DNA of 64,000 nucleotides, taken from NCBI GenBank assembly GCA_014879445.1, contig JACSSC010000018.1, positions 64,706-128,705 on the forward strand, written 5' to 3'. The translations under genes were made by a program, and so were the position numbers. Each line of letters opens with the position of its first letter. Within the stretch, counting starts at the first letter, position 1. Origin of the DNA: Candidatus Competibacteraceae bacterium (GTDB lineage: Bacteria; Bacteroidota; Bacteroidia; CAIKAF01). Below, one piece after another: positions 1 to 10,022 of the stretch. Under the pieces are notes generated by a model. The model saw nothing but the letters and a program-made list of their open reading frames with translations, made no database searches and was not told the origin of the DNA.

Positions 1-1
1 A

Positions 2-1621
2 TGTGTAGTTGCATTATTCATTTCTTGCAACAATACCCCGAAGAACGATCCGGTTAAAACAGATACCTCAGACGAATCTAAGCAATTGCTTGACAAATAT
101 ACCGAGTTTACGCTTACATCTGACCTAAGTCATCTGGATGAAAATTATCGCAAGATGCTACCCTTATTGATAGATGTAGCGGAGATTATGGATGAGCTTT
201 TTTGGGAACAGTCGCTTGGGCAACCCAAGAATGAATTTTTGTCGAGGATATCTAACGAAAATTTGCGCAAATATGCAGAAATTAACTACGGCCCATGGGA
301 TAGATTAGACGGCAACAAGGCGTTTATTGAAACTCTTGGAGAAAAACCTAAAGGCGCCAATTTTTATCCGGTTGATATGGATTCGACAGAGTTTTCAAAA
401 TTAGCAGACAATCGCAAAACCAATCAATACACAATAATCAGGCGAGATAGCGAGGGGTATTTGATGGTAATACCTTATAGCGAAGCATATAAGGTGAAAT
501 TAGAGAAAGCGTCAGCATTGATTAGGCAAGCTGCTGAGTTAAGTGGGGATGAGGGGCTAAAAAAGTATTTAATATTAAGAAGTGAGGCGTTGCTTACGGA
601 TGATTATCAACCCAGCGATATGGCCTGGATGGATATGAAATCGAATCCAATTGATTTTGTAGTTGGCCCGATTGAAACCTATGAAGATCAGCTATACGGA
701 TATAAGGCAGCATTTGAGGCATATGTGTTGATAAAAGATATGGAATGGAGTAAGAAGTTGGAGAAGTTTGCGGCATTTTTGCCTGAACTTCAAAAGAATC
801 TTCCAGTAGATGCCAAGTACAAAAAAGAAATGCCGGGATCGGATGCTGACCTCAATGCTTATGATGCCATCTATTATGCCGGAGATTGTAATTCGGGTAG
901 TAAAACCATTGCCATCAATCTTCCTAATGACGAAGAGGTACAACTCAAAAAAGGAACTCGACGATTGCAATTAAAAAATGTTATGCGAGCCAAATTTGAT
1001 AAAATATTATTGCCTATCGCACACCAACTAATTGATCCGGCTCAGTTAAATCATGTAACCTTTGATGCGTTCTTTTCAACGGTTATGTTTCATGAAGTGG
1101 CGCATGGGCTAGGAATTAAAAACACGATTAACGGAAAGGGAACTGTTCGTGAGGCGTTGCGAGAACATGCTTCCGCGCTTGAAGAAGGCAAGGCAGATAT
1201 TTTGGGTTTGTATATGATAACACAACTTTTTGAAAAAGGAGAATTAGAAGGCAATTTAGAGGATTATTATGTTACTTTCTTGGCAGGTATTTTTCGTTCT
1301 GTTCGGTTTGGCGCATCCAGCGCACATGGTAAAGCGAACATGATAAGATTTAATTTCTTTAAAGAGAAAGGTGTCTTTGAACGCAATAAAGAATCCGGAA
1401 AGTATAGTGTGAAATTTGAAAAAATGCAAGCAGCTATGACAGAATTAAGTCGCCTTATATTGCAACTGCAAGGGGATGGTGATTATGTAGGCGTAGATAA
1501 TCTAGTGAAAGAAAAAGGAGTTATAGGTCAAGAATTACAGTCGGATTTAGACATTTTAAAGTCAAAACAAATACCGGTGGATATTATCTTTAATCAGGGC
1601 AAACAGATACTTGGATTGTAA
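2..1621 (+). CDS. Zn-dependent metallopeptidase (HExxH…E), probably lipoprotein; 5' end outside window
   Basis: Frame 2 is open from the first base of the window, so the ORF-track Met at 86 is internal. The in-frame upstream residues '...ALFISC NN' look like a lipobox. Motif 'FHEVAHGLG', followed about 25 aa later by 'EEGKAD', fits an HExxH...E zinc site. Confidence 0.55.
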   Translation, partial: CVVALFISCNNTPKNDPVKTDTSDESKQLLDKYTEFTLTSDLSHLDENYRKMLPLLIDVAEIMDELFWEQSLGQPKNEFLSRISNENLRKYAEINYGPWDRLDGNKAFIETLGEKPKGANFYPVDMDSTEFSKLADNRKTNQYTIIRRDSEGYLMVIPYSEAYKVKLEKASALIRQAAELSGDEGLKKYLILRSEALLTDDYQPSDMAWMDMKSNPIDFVVGPIETYEDQLYGYKAAFEAYVLIKDMEWSKKLEKFAAFLPELQKNLPVDAKYKKEMPGSDADLNAYDAIYYAGDCNSGSKTIAINLPNDEEVQLKKGTRRLQLKNVMRAKFDKILLPIAHQLIDPAQLNHVTFDAFFSTVMFHEVAHGLGIKNTINGKGTVREALREHASALEEGKADILGLYMITQLFEKGELEGNLEDYYVTFLAGIFRSVRFGASSAHGKANMIRFNFFKEKGVFERNKESGKYSVKFEKMQAAMTELSRLILQLQGDGDYVGVDNLVKEKGVIGQELQSDLDILKSKQIPVDIIFNQGKQILGL

Positions 1622-1685
1622 GAAAATTGAAATGGCTTATGATTTTAAATGCTAGCAAATATTATATTTATTGAGCTAAATTGAC

Positions 1686-2144
1686 TTGAACATGACAGAG
1701 GATATTTTTTCAGACGCACACTTCATGAGAGAGGCCATTCGCGAAGCTCGAAAGGCGGCTGATGTTGATGAAATTCCCATAGGATGTGTGATTGTTCAAA
1801 ACAGTCGTATTGTTGCCAGAGCACACAATCTCACCGAAACATTAAACGATGCAACAGCACATGCTGAAATGCAAGCAATAACAGCAGCGTCCAACCATGT
1901 TGGATCTAAATATTTGCCCGACTGTATATTGTATGTAACGCTAGAGCCATGTTTAATGTGTGCAGGTGCAATTCGATGGTCACAGATTGGCAGAGTCGTG
2001 TTCGGATGTTATGATAAAAAATATGGATTTGCTCGTTTTGCTACAGAAATTGCCCACCCCAAAGCCGATATTTCAGGAGGGGTGTTGCAAGACGAATGTA
2101 GCGCTCTCCTAACAGAATTTTTTAAAGCTAAAAGAATAAACTAA
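1686..2144 (+). CDS. tadA: tRNA-specific adenosine deaminase
   Basis: At 152 aa it carries the CDA-fold zinc motifs 'HAEMQAI' and 'PCLMCAGA', the typical TadA size and signature. Confidence 0.85.
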   Translation: MNMTEDIFSDAHFMREAIREARKAADVDEIPIGCVIVQNSRIVARAHNLTETLNDATAHAEMQAITAASNHVGSKYLPDCILYVTLEPCLMCAGAIRWSQIGRVVFGCYDKKYGFARFATEIAHPKADISGGVLQDECSALLTEFFKAKRIN

Positions 2145-2160
2145 TTTTAAAATTTACACA

Positions 2161-5016
2161 ATGAAAAGAGTTTCATTTTATTCAAAACAAATTATAGCAG
2201 TATTTTCACTAATATTTGCTTCTTATGTATGGGGCCAAGCACAGACAAAACTCATTCAGGAAGTATCATCATCAGCCAACGAAGTGATTATTCCATTTAA
2301 ACGATTTTTGCTTCCAAACGGGTTAACATTGATTGTGCATGAAGACCATTCCGACCCTATTGTACACGTTGACGTAACCTATCATGTGGGGTCGGCACGT
2401 GAGCTTGTCGGAAGATCAGGGTTTGCTCATTTTTTTGAACACATGATGTTTCAGGGCTCTGAACATGTTGCCGATGAAGAGCATTTTAAAATAGTTACAG
2501 AGTCGGGAGGAACCTTAAATGGAACAACCAATCTTGATCGAACTAATTATTTTGAAACGGTTCCTTCAAATCAACTCGAAACAGCTTTGTGGCTTGAGGC
2601 AGATCGCATGGGTTGGTTTTTGGATTCGGTAACACAACAAAAATTCGAAATACAACGCGCAACAGTAAAAAATGAACGAGGTCAAAACTATGACAACCGT
2701 CCGTATGGCCTAGCCAACGAGAAATCTATCGAGGCGCTATATCCGTTTGGCCATCCATATTCATGGTCAACGATTGGATATATTGAGGATTTAAACGCGG
2801 CGACACTAGATGATCTGAAGCGATTCTTTCTTCGATGGTATGGCCCTAACAATGCCACATTAACGGTTGCCGGTAATGTAAAAACAGATGAGGTGGTGTC
2901 ATTAGTAGAAAAATATTTTGGCAACATTCCACGTGGGCCTGAAGTAAAAAATATGCCCGCTATGCCCGTAACGCTGGATAGCGATCGTTATATTTCTTAT
3001 GAAGACAACATTCGATTTCCCATGCTTAGGATTGCGTTTCCTGGTGTTCCAGCCCGACATCCTGATGAGGCCCCGTTAGATATTCTTGCTTCTATTATAG
3101 GAGATGGAAATAATTCTATACTTTATAAAGAGTTCGTTAAAACGCAACAAGCCATTCGAGCTTCTGCTTATAATCCGTCTAATGAATTGGCCGGAGAGTG
3201 GATAATAACAATAATGCCTTATCCGGGCACATCGCTTGCCTCGGCTGAACAAAAAGTAAGACAGTTGCTTGCCGATTTTGAAAATAGAGAAATAAGCGAG
3301 GATGATTTAAATCGTTATAAAGCAGGCCACGAAGCCGACGAACTTAAATCTCTTCAAAGCGTTTCGGGCAAAGCTTCAAAGTTGGCATATTATCAAACCT
3401 TTACCGGCAATGCCAATTATATTAAGCAAGATATGGAGCGGTATATGTCGGTAACAAAGGATGATGTAATGCGAGTATATAAAAAATATATTAAAGAGAA
3501 GCCGGCGGTTTATTTAAGTGTTGTTCCAAAAGGTAAATCAGAACTTACTGCCAAGCCCGATAATTTCAATCGACCTGATGTGCCACTAGGATTTAAAAAC
3601 GATTTAAGCGAATACGAATCGCTTACTTATCAAAAAGGAATTTATCCTTTTGAGCCAAACTATAGACCGGCTTCTGGCCCTAATCCGTTAATTAAAGTGC
3701 CTAATTTTTCTGTTCTTTCACTCGCTAATGGTGTGCAAATTATTAGCACAGAATACACCGAGTTGCCTACAGTGTCTATTCGCATCTCCATAAAAGGAGG
3801 AAAGATGCTTGACGATAAGGACAAAATAGGATTGGCATCTATTACGGCATCATTAATGAATGAAGGAACACAAAGATATACTTCTGAGGAGGTGAATATG
3901 CTGTTGGATTTGCTGGGTAGTTCTGTAAATGTTTATGCTACATCTGAAAGTATTGAAATAGATATTTTTTCCCTAAAGAAGAATGTTGATTCTACATTGG
4001 CAATTGTGAAAGAAATTTTATTTTCTCCAAGATTTGATGTCCAAGATTTTGACAGATTAAAGAAGCAGCAGCTTGAAAGTATTGCCAATCAAAAGAATCA
4101 GGCATCTGCAATTGCCACGAATGTATTATCAATTATGCTTTATGGCGAAAATAGTATTTGGGGAACAGGAACGCTGGGGCGTGAAGAAACAGTGAATCCC
4201 ATAACCTTGGAAGATGTGAAAAACTATTATCATGCCTATATAAGACCCAACCATGCTAAAGTGGTTGTGGTAGGCAATATTAACAAGAAGGAAGTTCAAA
4301 AGAAACTCGACTTTCTGAAGAGTTGGGCGCCCGGAATTGTAACATTACCGGCTTTTGAAAGGCCCCGAGTTGTTCCAAAAACACAAATTGTTTTAGTTGA
4401 CAAGCCGGGTGCAGCTCAATCAGAAATACGATTTGGACATGCCGGGCTACCCTGGGATGCCACCGGCGATTATTACCGTGCATCCATCATGAACTATACA
4501 CTCGGCGGAGCGTTCAATAGCCGGCTGAATCTTAATCTACGAGAGAAAAGAGGATATACTTATGGGGTTCGTTCTGGATTTACGGGGTCTCGTTTTACAG
4601 GAACATTCTCTGTTTCAGGAGGATTCCTTTTACATGCGACAGATAGCGTGATTGAAGAGGTAATAAAAGAACTTACCCATTACCGCGAAAATGGGATTAC
4701 AGAGCAAGAGCTCATTTTTACAAAAAATTCTATCGGGCAACGAGATGCCCTTAAATACGAAACCCCCATACAAAAAGCAGGCTTTATGAGCAACATTATT
4801 GAATTCTCGTTGGAGAAATCATTTATCAAACAACAAAACGAAATATTAAAAAATATACGAAGCTTCGACATTAATCAATTGGCCAAACAATTTATTCATC
4901 CCGACAAAATGATTATTGTTGTGGTGGGAGATAAATCAATAATATGGGATAAGTTGAAACGACTCAATATTCCAATAGTAGAAGTTGATTACACAGGCAA
5001 GCCAATTGCACCTTAA
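2161..5016 (+). CDS. Peptidase M16 (insulinase/pitrilysin) family, two-unit fused form, secreted
   Basis: N-terminal signal peptide. The inverted zinc motif 'HFFEHMMFQGSEH' (HxxEH) is present, and the 951-aa length corresponds to duplicated M16 halves. Confidence 0.8.
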   Translation: MKRVSFYSKQIIAVFSLIFASYVWGQAQTKLIQEVSSSANEVIIPFKRFLLPNGLTLIVHEDHSDPIVHVDVTYHVGSARELVGRSGFAHFFEHMMFQGSEHVADEEHFKIVTESGGTLNGTTNLDRTNYFETVPSNQLETALWLEADRMGWFLDSVTQQKFEIQRATVKNERGQNYDNRPYGLANEKSIEALYPFGHPYSWSTIGYIEDLNAATLDDLKRFFLRWYGPNNATLTVAGNVKTDEVVSLVEKYFGNIPRGPEVKNMPAMPVTLDSDRYISYEDNIRFPMLRIAFPGVPARHPDEAPLDILASIIGDGNNSILYKEFVKTQQAIRASAYNPSNELAGEWIITIMPYPGTSLASAEQKVRQLLADFENREISEDDLNRYKAGHEADELKSLQSVSGKASKLAYYQTFTGNANYIKQDMERYMSVTKDDVMRVYKKYIKEKPAVYLSVVPKGKSELTAKPDNFNRPDVPLGFKNDLSEYESLTYQKGIYPFEPNYRPASGPNPLIKVPNFSVLSLANGVQIISTEYTELPTVSIRISIKGGKMLDDKDKIGLASITASLMNEGTQRYTSEEVNMLLDLLGSSVNVYATSESIEIDIFSLKKNVDSTLAIVKEILFSPRFDVQDFDRLKKQQLESIANQKNQASAIATNVLSIMLYGENSIWGTGTLGREETVNPITLEDVKNYYHAYIRPNHAKVVVVGNINKKEVQKKLDFLKSWAPGIVTLPAFERPRVVPKTQIVLVDKPGAAQSEIRFGHAGLPWDATGDYYRASIMNYTLGGAFNSRLNLNLREKRGYTYGVRSGFTGSRFTGTFSVSGGFLLHATDSVIEEVIKELTHYRENGITEQELIFTKNSIGQRDALKYETPIQKAGFMSNIIEFSLEKSFIKQQNEILKNIRSFDINQLAKQFIHPDKMIIVVVGDKSIIWDKLKRLNIPIVEVDYTGKPIAP

Positions 5017-5050
5017 TTATTACTACTACCTTTGTACTAAATTTTTTGTT

Positions 5051-5572
5051 ATGATATTAAGCGGGAAAGAAATAGAAAAGCAACTAGGTGATAAAATTAA
5101 AATTACGCCTTATTCACCTACTCAACTTAATCCCAACAGCTATAATTTAACACTGCATAATGAGTTGCTTGTTTATGATAACGAGTTGCTTGATATGAAA
5201 AAAGAAAATACAGCAACCAGTATTATTTTGCCTGACGAAGGGATGGTTCTTGCACCAGGGAAGCTTTATTTGGGCAGAACAATTGAATATACTGAAACCA
5301 GCTCCTATGTTCCCATGCTGGAGGGCCGCTCGTCTATTGGCAGGTTGGGCTTGTTTGTTCATATAACCGCAGGATTTGGCGATGTTGGATTTAGTGGTTT
5401 CTGGACATTAGAGATGTTTTGTGTTCAGCCCATTCGTATATATCCCGGGGTCCAGATCTGTCAAATATTTTATCATGCCATTGAAGGAGATTATACTTTA
5501 TACGAAAGTGGAAAATATCAGAAAAACAAAGGAATTCAACCCAGCTTACTTTTTCGCGATTTCGAAAAATAG
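5051..5572 (+). CDS. dcd: dCTP deaminase
   Basis: 'MILSGKEIEKQLGDKIKITPYSPTQLNPNSYNLTLH...' matches the dCTP deaminase N-terminus. The ORF-track start at 4985 overlaps the M16 gene, so the in-frame ATG at 5051 is preferred. Confidence 0.85.
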   Translation: MILSGKEIEKQLGDKIKITPYSPTQLNPNSYNLTLHNELLVYDNELLDMKKENTATSIILPDEGMVLAPGKLYLGRTIEYTETSSYVPMLEGRSSIGRLGLFVHITAGFGDVGFSGFWTLEMFCVQPIRIYPGVQICQIFYHAIEGDYTLYESGKYQKNKGIQPSLLFRDFEK

Positions 5573-5698
5573 TAAAGATTAAAAATCGTAATTCGCAGTT
5601 AGTTTTGCCGATTTTAATGTTATGCTTGTGCAAAAGTGGCAGAACAAGGACTAATAATAGCAGATAATTTGCATCTTTGATGTATCAACCAAAATGAA

Positions 5699-6112
5699 AT
5701 GGTAAAATATCGGCTAGACATATCATCAGAAGATTTAGAATTGATGGTGATAGGCATTAATTGTCTCGAGCCGGACTATAGGCTGGCTTGGGCGATGAGC
5801 AAGGTTGCCGGTTTCCAGTTTGAGCGATGTGCTGATTTTGTTTCGGAGGGTGATGGTCGAAAATTTCCTATGTACCAATTCGAGGATGTGGACTTAATGA
5901 GAGTGTACCACTTAATAGCAAATCGTTTTAATAATCAGATTGCTGTAACTCCGCTTGAACAGATAGATTATTTGTTAGTTGTAACAGGTGCTATTACAGG
6001 CATTTCAGATGAGTTGATTGAAAAGATTCATGGTGTTGATTTTGTGATGCTGGCAACAGAAATAGATATAAATTTAATCAAATCTAATGAATCATTGTTA
6101 TCCTTTTTGTAA
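5699..6112 (+). CDS. Small conserved hypothetical protein (possibly IPExxxVDY-like family)
   Basis: 137-aa ORF with good coding appearance, lying between dcd and pyk. It contains '...TPLEQIDYLLVV...'. No catalytic motif was recognised. Confidence 0.45.
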   Translation: MVKYRLDISSEDLELMVIGINCLEPDYRLAWAMSKVAGFQFERCADFVSEGDGRKFPMYQFEDVDLMRVYHLIANRFNNQIAVTPLEQIDYLLVVTGAITGISDELIEKIHGVDFVMLATEIDINLIKSNESLLSFL

Positions 6113-6122
6113 TATTGAATAA

Positions 6123-7544
6123 ATGAAAGTACAGAGTAAAACTAAAGTGATTGCCACAGTCGGACCGGCATCAATTGATAAAGATATTATGCTGAAGATG
6201 GTCAAGGCCGGCGTTGATGTATTTCGTTTAAATTTTTCCCACGGGAATCGGGATTTTCAACGTAAATTGTTTGAGCAGATTAGAAGTATTAACGAGGAGC
6301 AGGGCTTTAATCTAGCTGTTCTGGCTGATTTGCAAGGTCCGAAAATGCGAATAGGAGAAATGCAAAATGGTGAAGTGGAAATATATGACGGTAATCAAAT
6401 ACGAATATCAACCAAAGATGGAGTTGGAACCGCTGAAAAGGTATTTATCCGCTATGATCAGTTTGCCGAAGATGTTAACCCTGGTGAAAAGGTTTTAGTA
6501 GATGATGGAAAAATTGTTTTAGAAATTGTTTCAACCAACAGAAAAGATGAGGCGATTGCCACTATAATCAATGGCGGCAAGTTGTCTTCCAACAAGGGCT
6601 TCAATCTGCCCAATACCAAAATATCTTTACCAAGCTTGACCCCAAAGGATTTGGAAGATCTCGAATATGCACTTTCTTTTGATGTGGAATGGATTGGACT
6701 TTCTTTTGTGCGTTCAGCGTCTGATGTGATAGAACTTAAGCATTTGATTCAGTCGCAAAATAAATCAACTAAGGTGATTGCTAAGATTGAAAAACCCGAA
6801 GCAATTGAGGATATAGATAATATTATTAAGGAGGCAGATGGTATTATGGTTGCACGTGGCGACCTGGGTGTTGAGATTCCCATGCAAGAGGTTCCATTGA
6901 TTCAAAAGGCATTGGTGAAAAAATGCTTAAAAGCATCAAAGCCCATTATAATTGCAACTCAGATGATGGAGAGCATGATTGTGAATTATAACCCAACGCG
7001 TGCCGAAGTAAATGATGTGGCAAACTCTATAATGGATGGAGCAGATGCGGTTATGCTTAGTGGCGAAACATCAGTTGGCAAGTATCCAGTGAGAGTGATA
7101 GAAAGTGTTCAAAAAATTATTCAAAACGTTGAAGGGTTTGAGGGCGTTTATAACAACGATTTTATGCACATAACACGTGAGCGCTTTATTACTGATGCAA
7201 TCTGTCGTGCCGCCGTTGAATTGGCCGACAAAACCAGAGCCAAAGGAATAATTACTATGACTTTTACAGGATATACTGCTTTTGAAATATCCAGCTATAG
7301 GCCCAAGGCAGACATATATGTTTTTACTGGCAATCGATCAATTCTTAATCAATTAAGTTTGATATGGGGGGTGCGGGGCTTTTACTTTGATAAATTTGTG
7401 AGCACAGACCATTCAATTGCAGAAAGCTCTTATATGCTAAAAAAATCCGGGTTGGTGAAAGAAGGAGATTTGTTGGTACACACGGCCAGCGTGCCGATGC
7501 AAGAGAAAGGGCAAACCAACATGCTGAAGCTTCACCATATTTAA
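6123..7544 (+). CDS. pyk: Pyruvate kinase
   Basis: 'KTKVIATVGPAS...DVFRLNFSHG', 'MVARGDLGVEIP' and 'MLSGETSVGKYP' are canonical pyruvate kinase motifs, and the 473-aa length fits. Confidence 0.92.
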   Translation: MKVQSKTKVIATVGPASIDKDIMLKMVKAGVDVFRLNFSHGNRDFQRKLFEQIRSINEEQGFNLAVLADLQGPKMRIGEMQNGEVEIYDGNQIRISTKDGVGTAEKVFIRYDQFAEDVNPGEKVLVDDGKIVLEIVSTNRKDEAIATIINGGKLSSNKGFNLPNTKISLPSLTPKDLEDLEYALSFDVEWIGLSFVRSASDVIELKHLIQSQNKSTKVIAKIEKPEAIEDIDNIIKEADGIMVARGDLGVEIPMQEVPLIQKALVKKCLKASKPIIIATQMMESMIVNYNPTRAEVNDVANSIMDGADAVMLSGETSVGKYPVRVIESVQKIIQNVEGFEGVYNNDFMHITRERFITDAICRAAVELADKTRAKGIITMTFTGYTAFEISSYRPKADIYVFTGNRSILNQLSLIWGVRGFYFDKFVSTDHSIAESSYMLKKSGLVKEGDLLVHTASVPMQEKGQTNMLKLHHI

Positions 7545-7564
7545 TAGTTTCAAATTTGGCAAGC

Positions 7565-7601
7565 AAAATGTGACCCACGTGACAAGCGTCACATTTTTTT
7601 T
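7565..7601 (+). terminator. Rho-independent terminator after pyk
   Basis: Hairpin AAAATGTGAC-(loop ccacgtgacaagc)-GTCACATTTT followed by a T-run, positioned 20 bp after the pyk stop codon. Confidence 0.7.
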
Positions 7602-7660
7602 GCACACACGTCACGTTTTTAAAAATATTTTGCATTTTTGCTATTCATAATTCTATCCCT

Positions 7661-7828
7661 ATGGGTGTTATTTTTGGATTAATCATTATCAGTTTGTTAT
7701 TGGCGTTTGTTTTTCTTATTTCATTTATGATGGCAGTTCGCAATGGGCAGTTTGATGATGATCATACGCCCTCAGTACGTGTATTGTTTGACGATAAAAT
7801 ATCCCAAAACCCAACATCACAAAACTAA
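7661..7828 (+). CDS. ccoS: cbb3-type cytochrome oxidase maturation protein CcoS/FixS (55 aa; absent from the ORF track)
   Basis: Read by hand: 'MGVIFGLIIISLLLAFVFLISFMMAVRNGQFDDDHTPSVRVLFDD...'. It has a single TM helix followed by the G-Q-F-DD...P..R.LFDD signature of CcoS, and it sits immediately upstream of ccoNO. Confidence 0.7.
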   Translation: MGVIFGLIIISLLLAFVFLISFMMAVRNGQFDDDHTPSVRVLFDDKISQNPTSQN

Positions 7829-7832
7829 ACAT

Positions 7833-10022
7833 ATGGAGCGTTTTTATTACGACAACAAAATTGTAAAGTACTTTATCTTAGCCACTATTATTTGGGGCAT
7901 AACCGGCATGACAGTTGGTTTGTGGGCGGCTTTCGAGTTGTATATTCCGGAGATGAACCTGGGGTTGCCATGGACAACATTTGGTAGAATACGTCCATTG
8001 CATACCAATTCCGTCATTTTTGCTTTTGTTGGCAATGCCATATTTGCTGGCGTTTACTATTCAACACAGCGATTGCTTAAAGCGCGGATGTATAGTGATT
8101 TTTTAAGTTGGTTTAATTTTTGGGGGTGGCAAATAATCATTGTGGCGGCGGCTATTTCGCTCCCAATGGGTTATACCACATCAAAAGAATATGCAGAGTT
8201 GGAGTGGCCTATTGATATTGCCATCACATTGGTTTGGGTGAGTTTTGGCGTAAATTTTATTGGCACTATTATGCGCCGCAGAGTAGAACACTTGTATGTG
8301 GCCCTTTGGTTTTATATTGCTTCAATTATTACAGTTGCTGTACTTCACATTGTTAATTCATTTGAGATGCCGGTTTCGCTTACCAAAAGCTATTCGTGGT
8401 ATGCCGGCGTACAAGATGCATTGGTTCAGTGGTGGTATGGGCATAATGCTGTAGCGTTTTTTCTCACGACGCCTTATTTGGGATTGATGTATTATTTTTT
8501 AGTAAAAGCAGCCAATCGGCCTGTTTATTCCTACAAATTGTCAATAGTACACTTTTGGTCGCTTATTTTTATTTACATATGGGCGGGGCCACACCATCTA
8601 CTTTACACAGCATTACCTGGTTGGGCTCAGGCCTTGGGCACGGCATTTTCTTTAATGCTTATTGCGCCATCATGGGGAGGTATGATTAATGGCCTTTTAA
8701 CACTTCGAGGGGCATGGGATAAAGTGCGGGAAGATCCTGTGTTAAAATTTTTTGTTGTGGCTGTAACAGCTTATGGAATGGCAACATTTGAAGGCCCCAT
8801 GTTGGCGCTGAAAAATGTAAACGCTATAAGTCACTATACGGATTGGACCATTGCTCACGTGCATGTTGGTGCTTTGGGATGGAATGGTTTTCTAACTTTT
8901 GGCATGATATATTGGATGGTGCCTAAAATGTGGGGTACAACACTATTTTCTCGTAAAATGGCCAATGCTCATTTTTGGATCGGTACGCTTGGAATTATCT
9001 TTTATGCCCTTCCTCTTTATGTTTCAGCACTTACCCAGTCGCTTATGTGGAAAGAGTTTAATGCTGATGGCATGCTACAGTATCCAAACTTTTTGCAAAC
9101 GCTTTTACAAATTATTCCTATGTATGTTTTGCGAAGCATCGGTGGCACATTGTATCTAACAGGGGTAATTATCATGGTGGTGAATTTAGTTAAAACAGTC
9201 CGTAGGGGTTCCTTTATTCCCAATGAACAGGCTGAAGCTCCGCCACTTGCTGTAGAAAAACATGAGAAAAAAGAGTTTTGGCATAGAGCGCTCGAACGTA
9301 AACCACTTATGCTAACAGGCCTTTCACTAATTGCAATTTTAATTGGAGGCATGATTGAATTTTTGCCCACATTTTTGATAAAATCTAATGTGCCTACCAT
9401 AGAAAGTGTTAAACCACTAACAGCGCTTGAACTGCAAGGTAGGGATATATATATTCGAGAAGGATGTAATAATTGTCATTCGCAAATGATTCGACCATTC
9501 CGCTCTGAAACCGAACGCTATGGAGAGTATAGTAAAGCAGGAGAGTTTGTATATGACCACCCTTTCCTTTGGGGATCAAAACGCACAGGACCTGATTTGG
9601 CCAGACAAGGGGGCAAAAACCCCGATTCGTGGCATTTTTTACATATGTACGACCCCCCACTTACTTCAGCGGGTACCATCATGCCTCCCTATAAGTGGAT
9701 TATTAAAAGCGATTTAGATATATCATCAACACCTGCTAAAATTAGAGCATTGCGAAAAATTGGGGTGCCCTATCCCGCAGGTTATGATAAGCAAGCCAAC
9801 GATGATTTGATGCGGCAGGCTAAGCCCATTGCCGATAAGTTGATGACCGACCAAAAAGTTAAGCAGATATTAGATTTGGAAGGTATTTCTTCGCTTGAAA
9901 ATAAAGAAATTGTGGCATTGATTGCGTATCTGCAAAGATTGGGTAAAGATATAAAAGGGCCCAATGCTTCTCATGAATTTCTTCCCGAAACGAATTCACC
10001 ATTAACGCCCCAAAACCCATGA
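7833..10022 (+). CDS. ccoNO: Cytochrome cbb3 oxidase, fused subunits I+II (CcoN-CcoO)
   Basis: The N-terminal two thirds form a polytopic haem-copper oxidase subunit I (W- and H-rich TM helices). The C-terminal part carries the CcoO haem-c site 'CNNCHSQMIRPF...GPDLARQGGK'. The start is placed at the 'MERFYYDNK' ATG at 7833, because the ORF-track start at 7743 runs through ccoS. Confidence 0.9.
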   Translation: MERFYYDNKIVKYFILATIIWGITGMTVGLWAAFELYIPEMNLGLPWTTFGRIRPLHTNSVIFAFVGNAIFAGVYYSTQRLLKARMYSDFLSWFNFWGWQIIIVAAAISLPMGYTTSKEYAELEWPIDIAITLVWVSFGVNFIGTIMRRRVEHLYVALWFYIASIITVAVLHIVNSFEMPVSLTKSYSWYAGVQDALVQWWYGHNAVAFFLTTPYLGLMYYFLVKAANRPVYSYKLSIVHFWSLIFIYIWAGPHHLLYTALPGWAQALGTAFSLMLIAPSWGGMINGLLTLRGAWDKVREDPVLKFFVVAVTAYGMATFEGPMLALKNVNAISHYTDWTIAHVHVGALGWNGFLTFGMIYWMVPKMWGTTLFSRKMANAHFWIGTLGIIFYALPLYVSALTQSLMWKEFNADGMLQYPNFLQTLLQIIPMYVLRSIGGTLYLTGVIIMVVNLVKTVRRGSFIPNEQAEAPPLAVEKHEKKEFWHRALERKPLMLTGLSLIAILIGGMIEFLPTFLIKSNVPTIESVKPLTALELQGRDIYIREGCNNCHSQMIRPFRSETERYGEYSKAGEFVYDHPFLWGSKRTGPDLARQGGKNPDSWHFLHMYDPPLTSAGTIMPPYKWIIKSDLDISSTPAKIRALRKIGVPYPAGYDKQANDDLMRQAKPIADKLMTDQKVKQILDLEGISSLENKEIVALIAYLQRLGKDIKGPNASHEFLPETNSPLTPQNP

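Noticed and set aside
4985-5050. Upstream extension of dcd overlapping the M16 peptidase gene
   Set aside because: The internal ATG at 5051 gives the canonical dCTP deaminase N-terminus 'MILSGKEI'.
7743-7832. N-terminal extension 'MGSLMMIIRPQYVYCLTIKYPKTQHHKTKH' of ccoNO in the ORF track
   Set aside because: It overlaps the well-supported ccoS ORF in another frame and is not membrane-like, and 'MERFYYDNK' at 7833 is a typical CcoN start.
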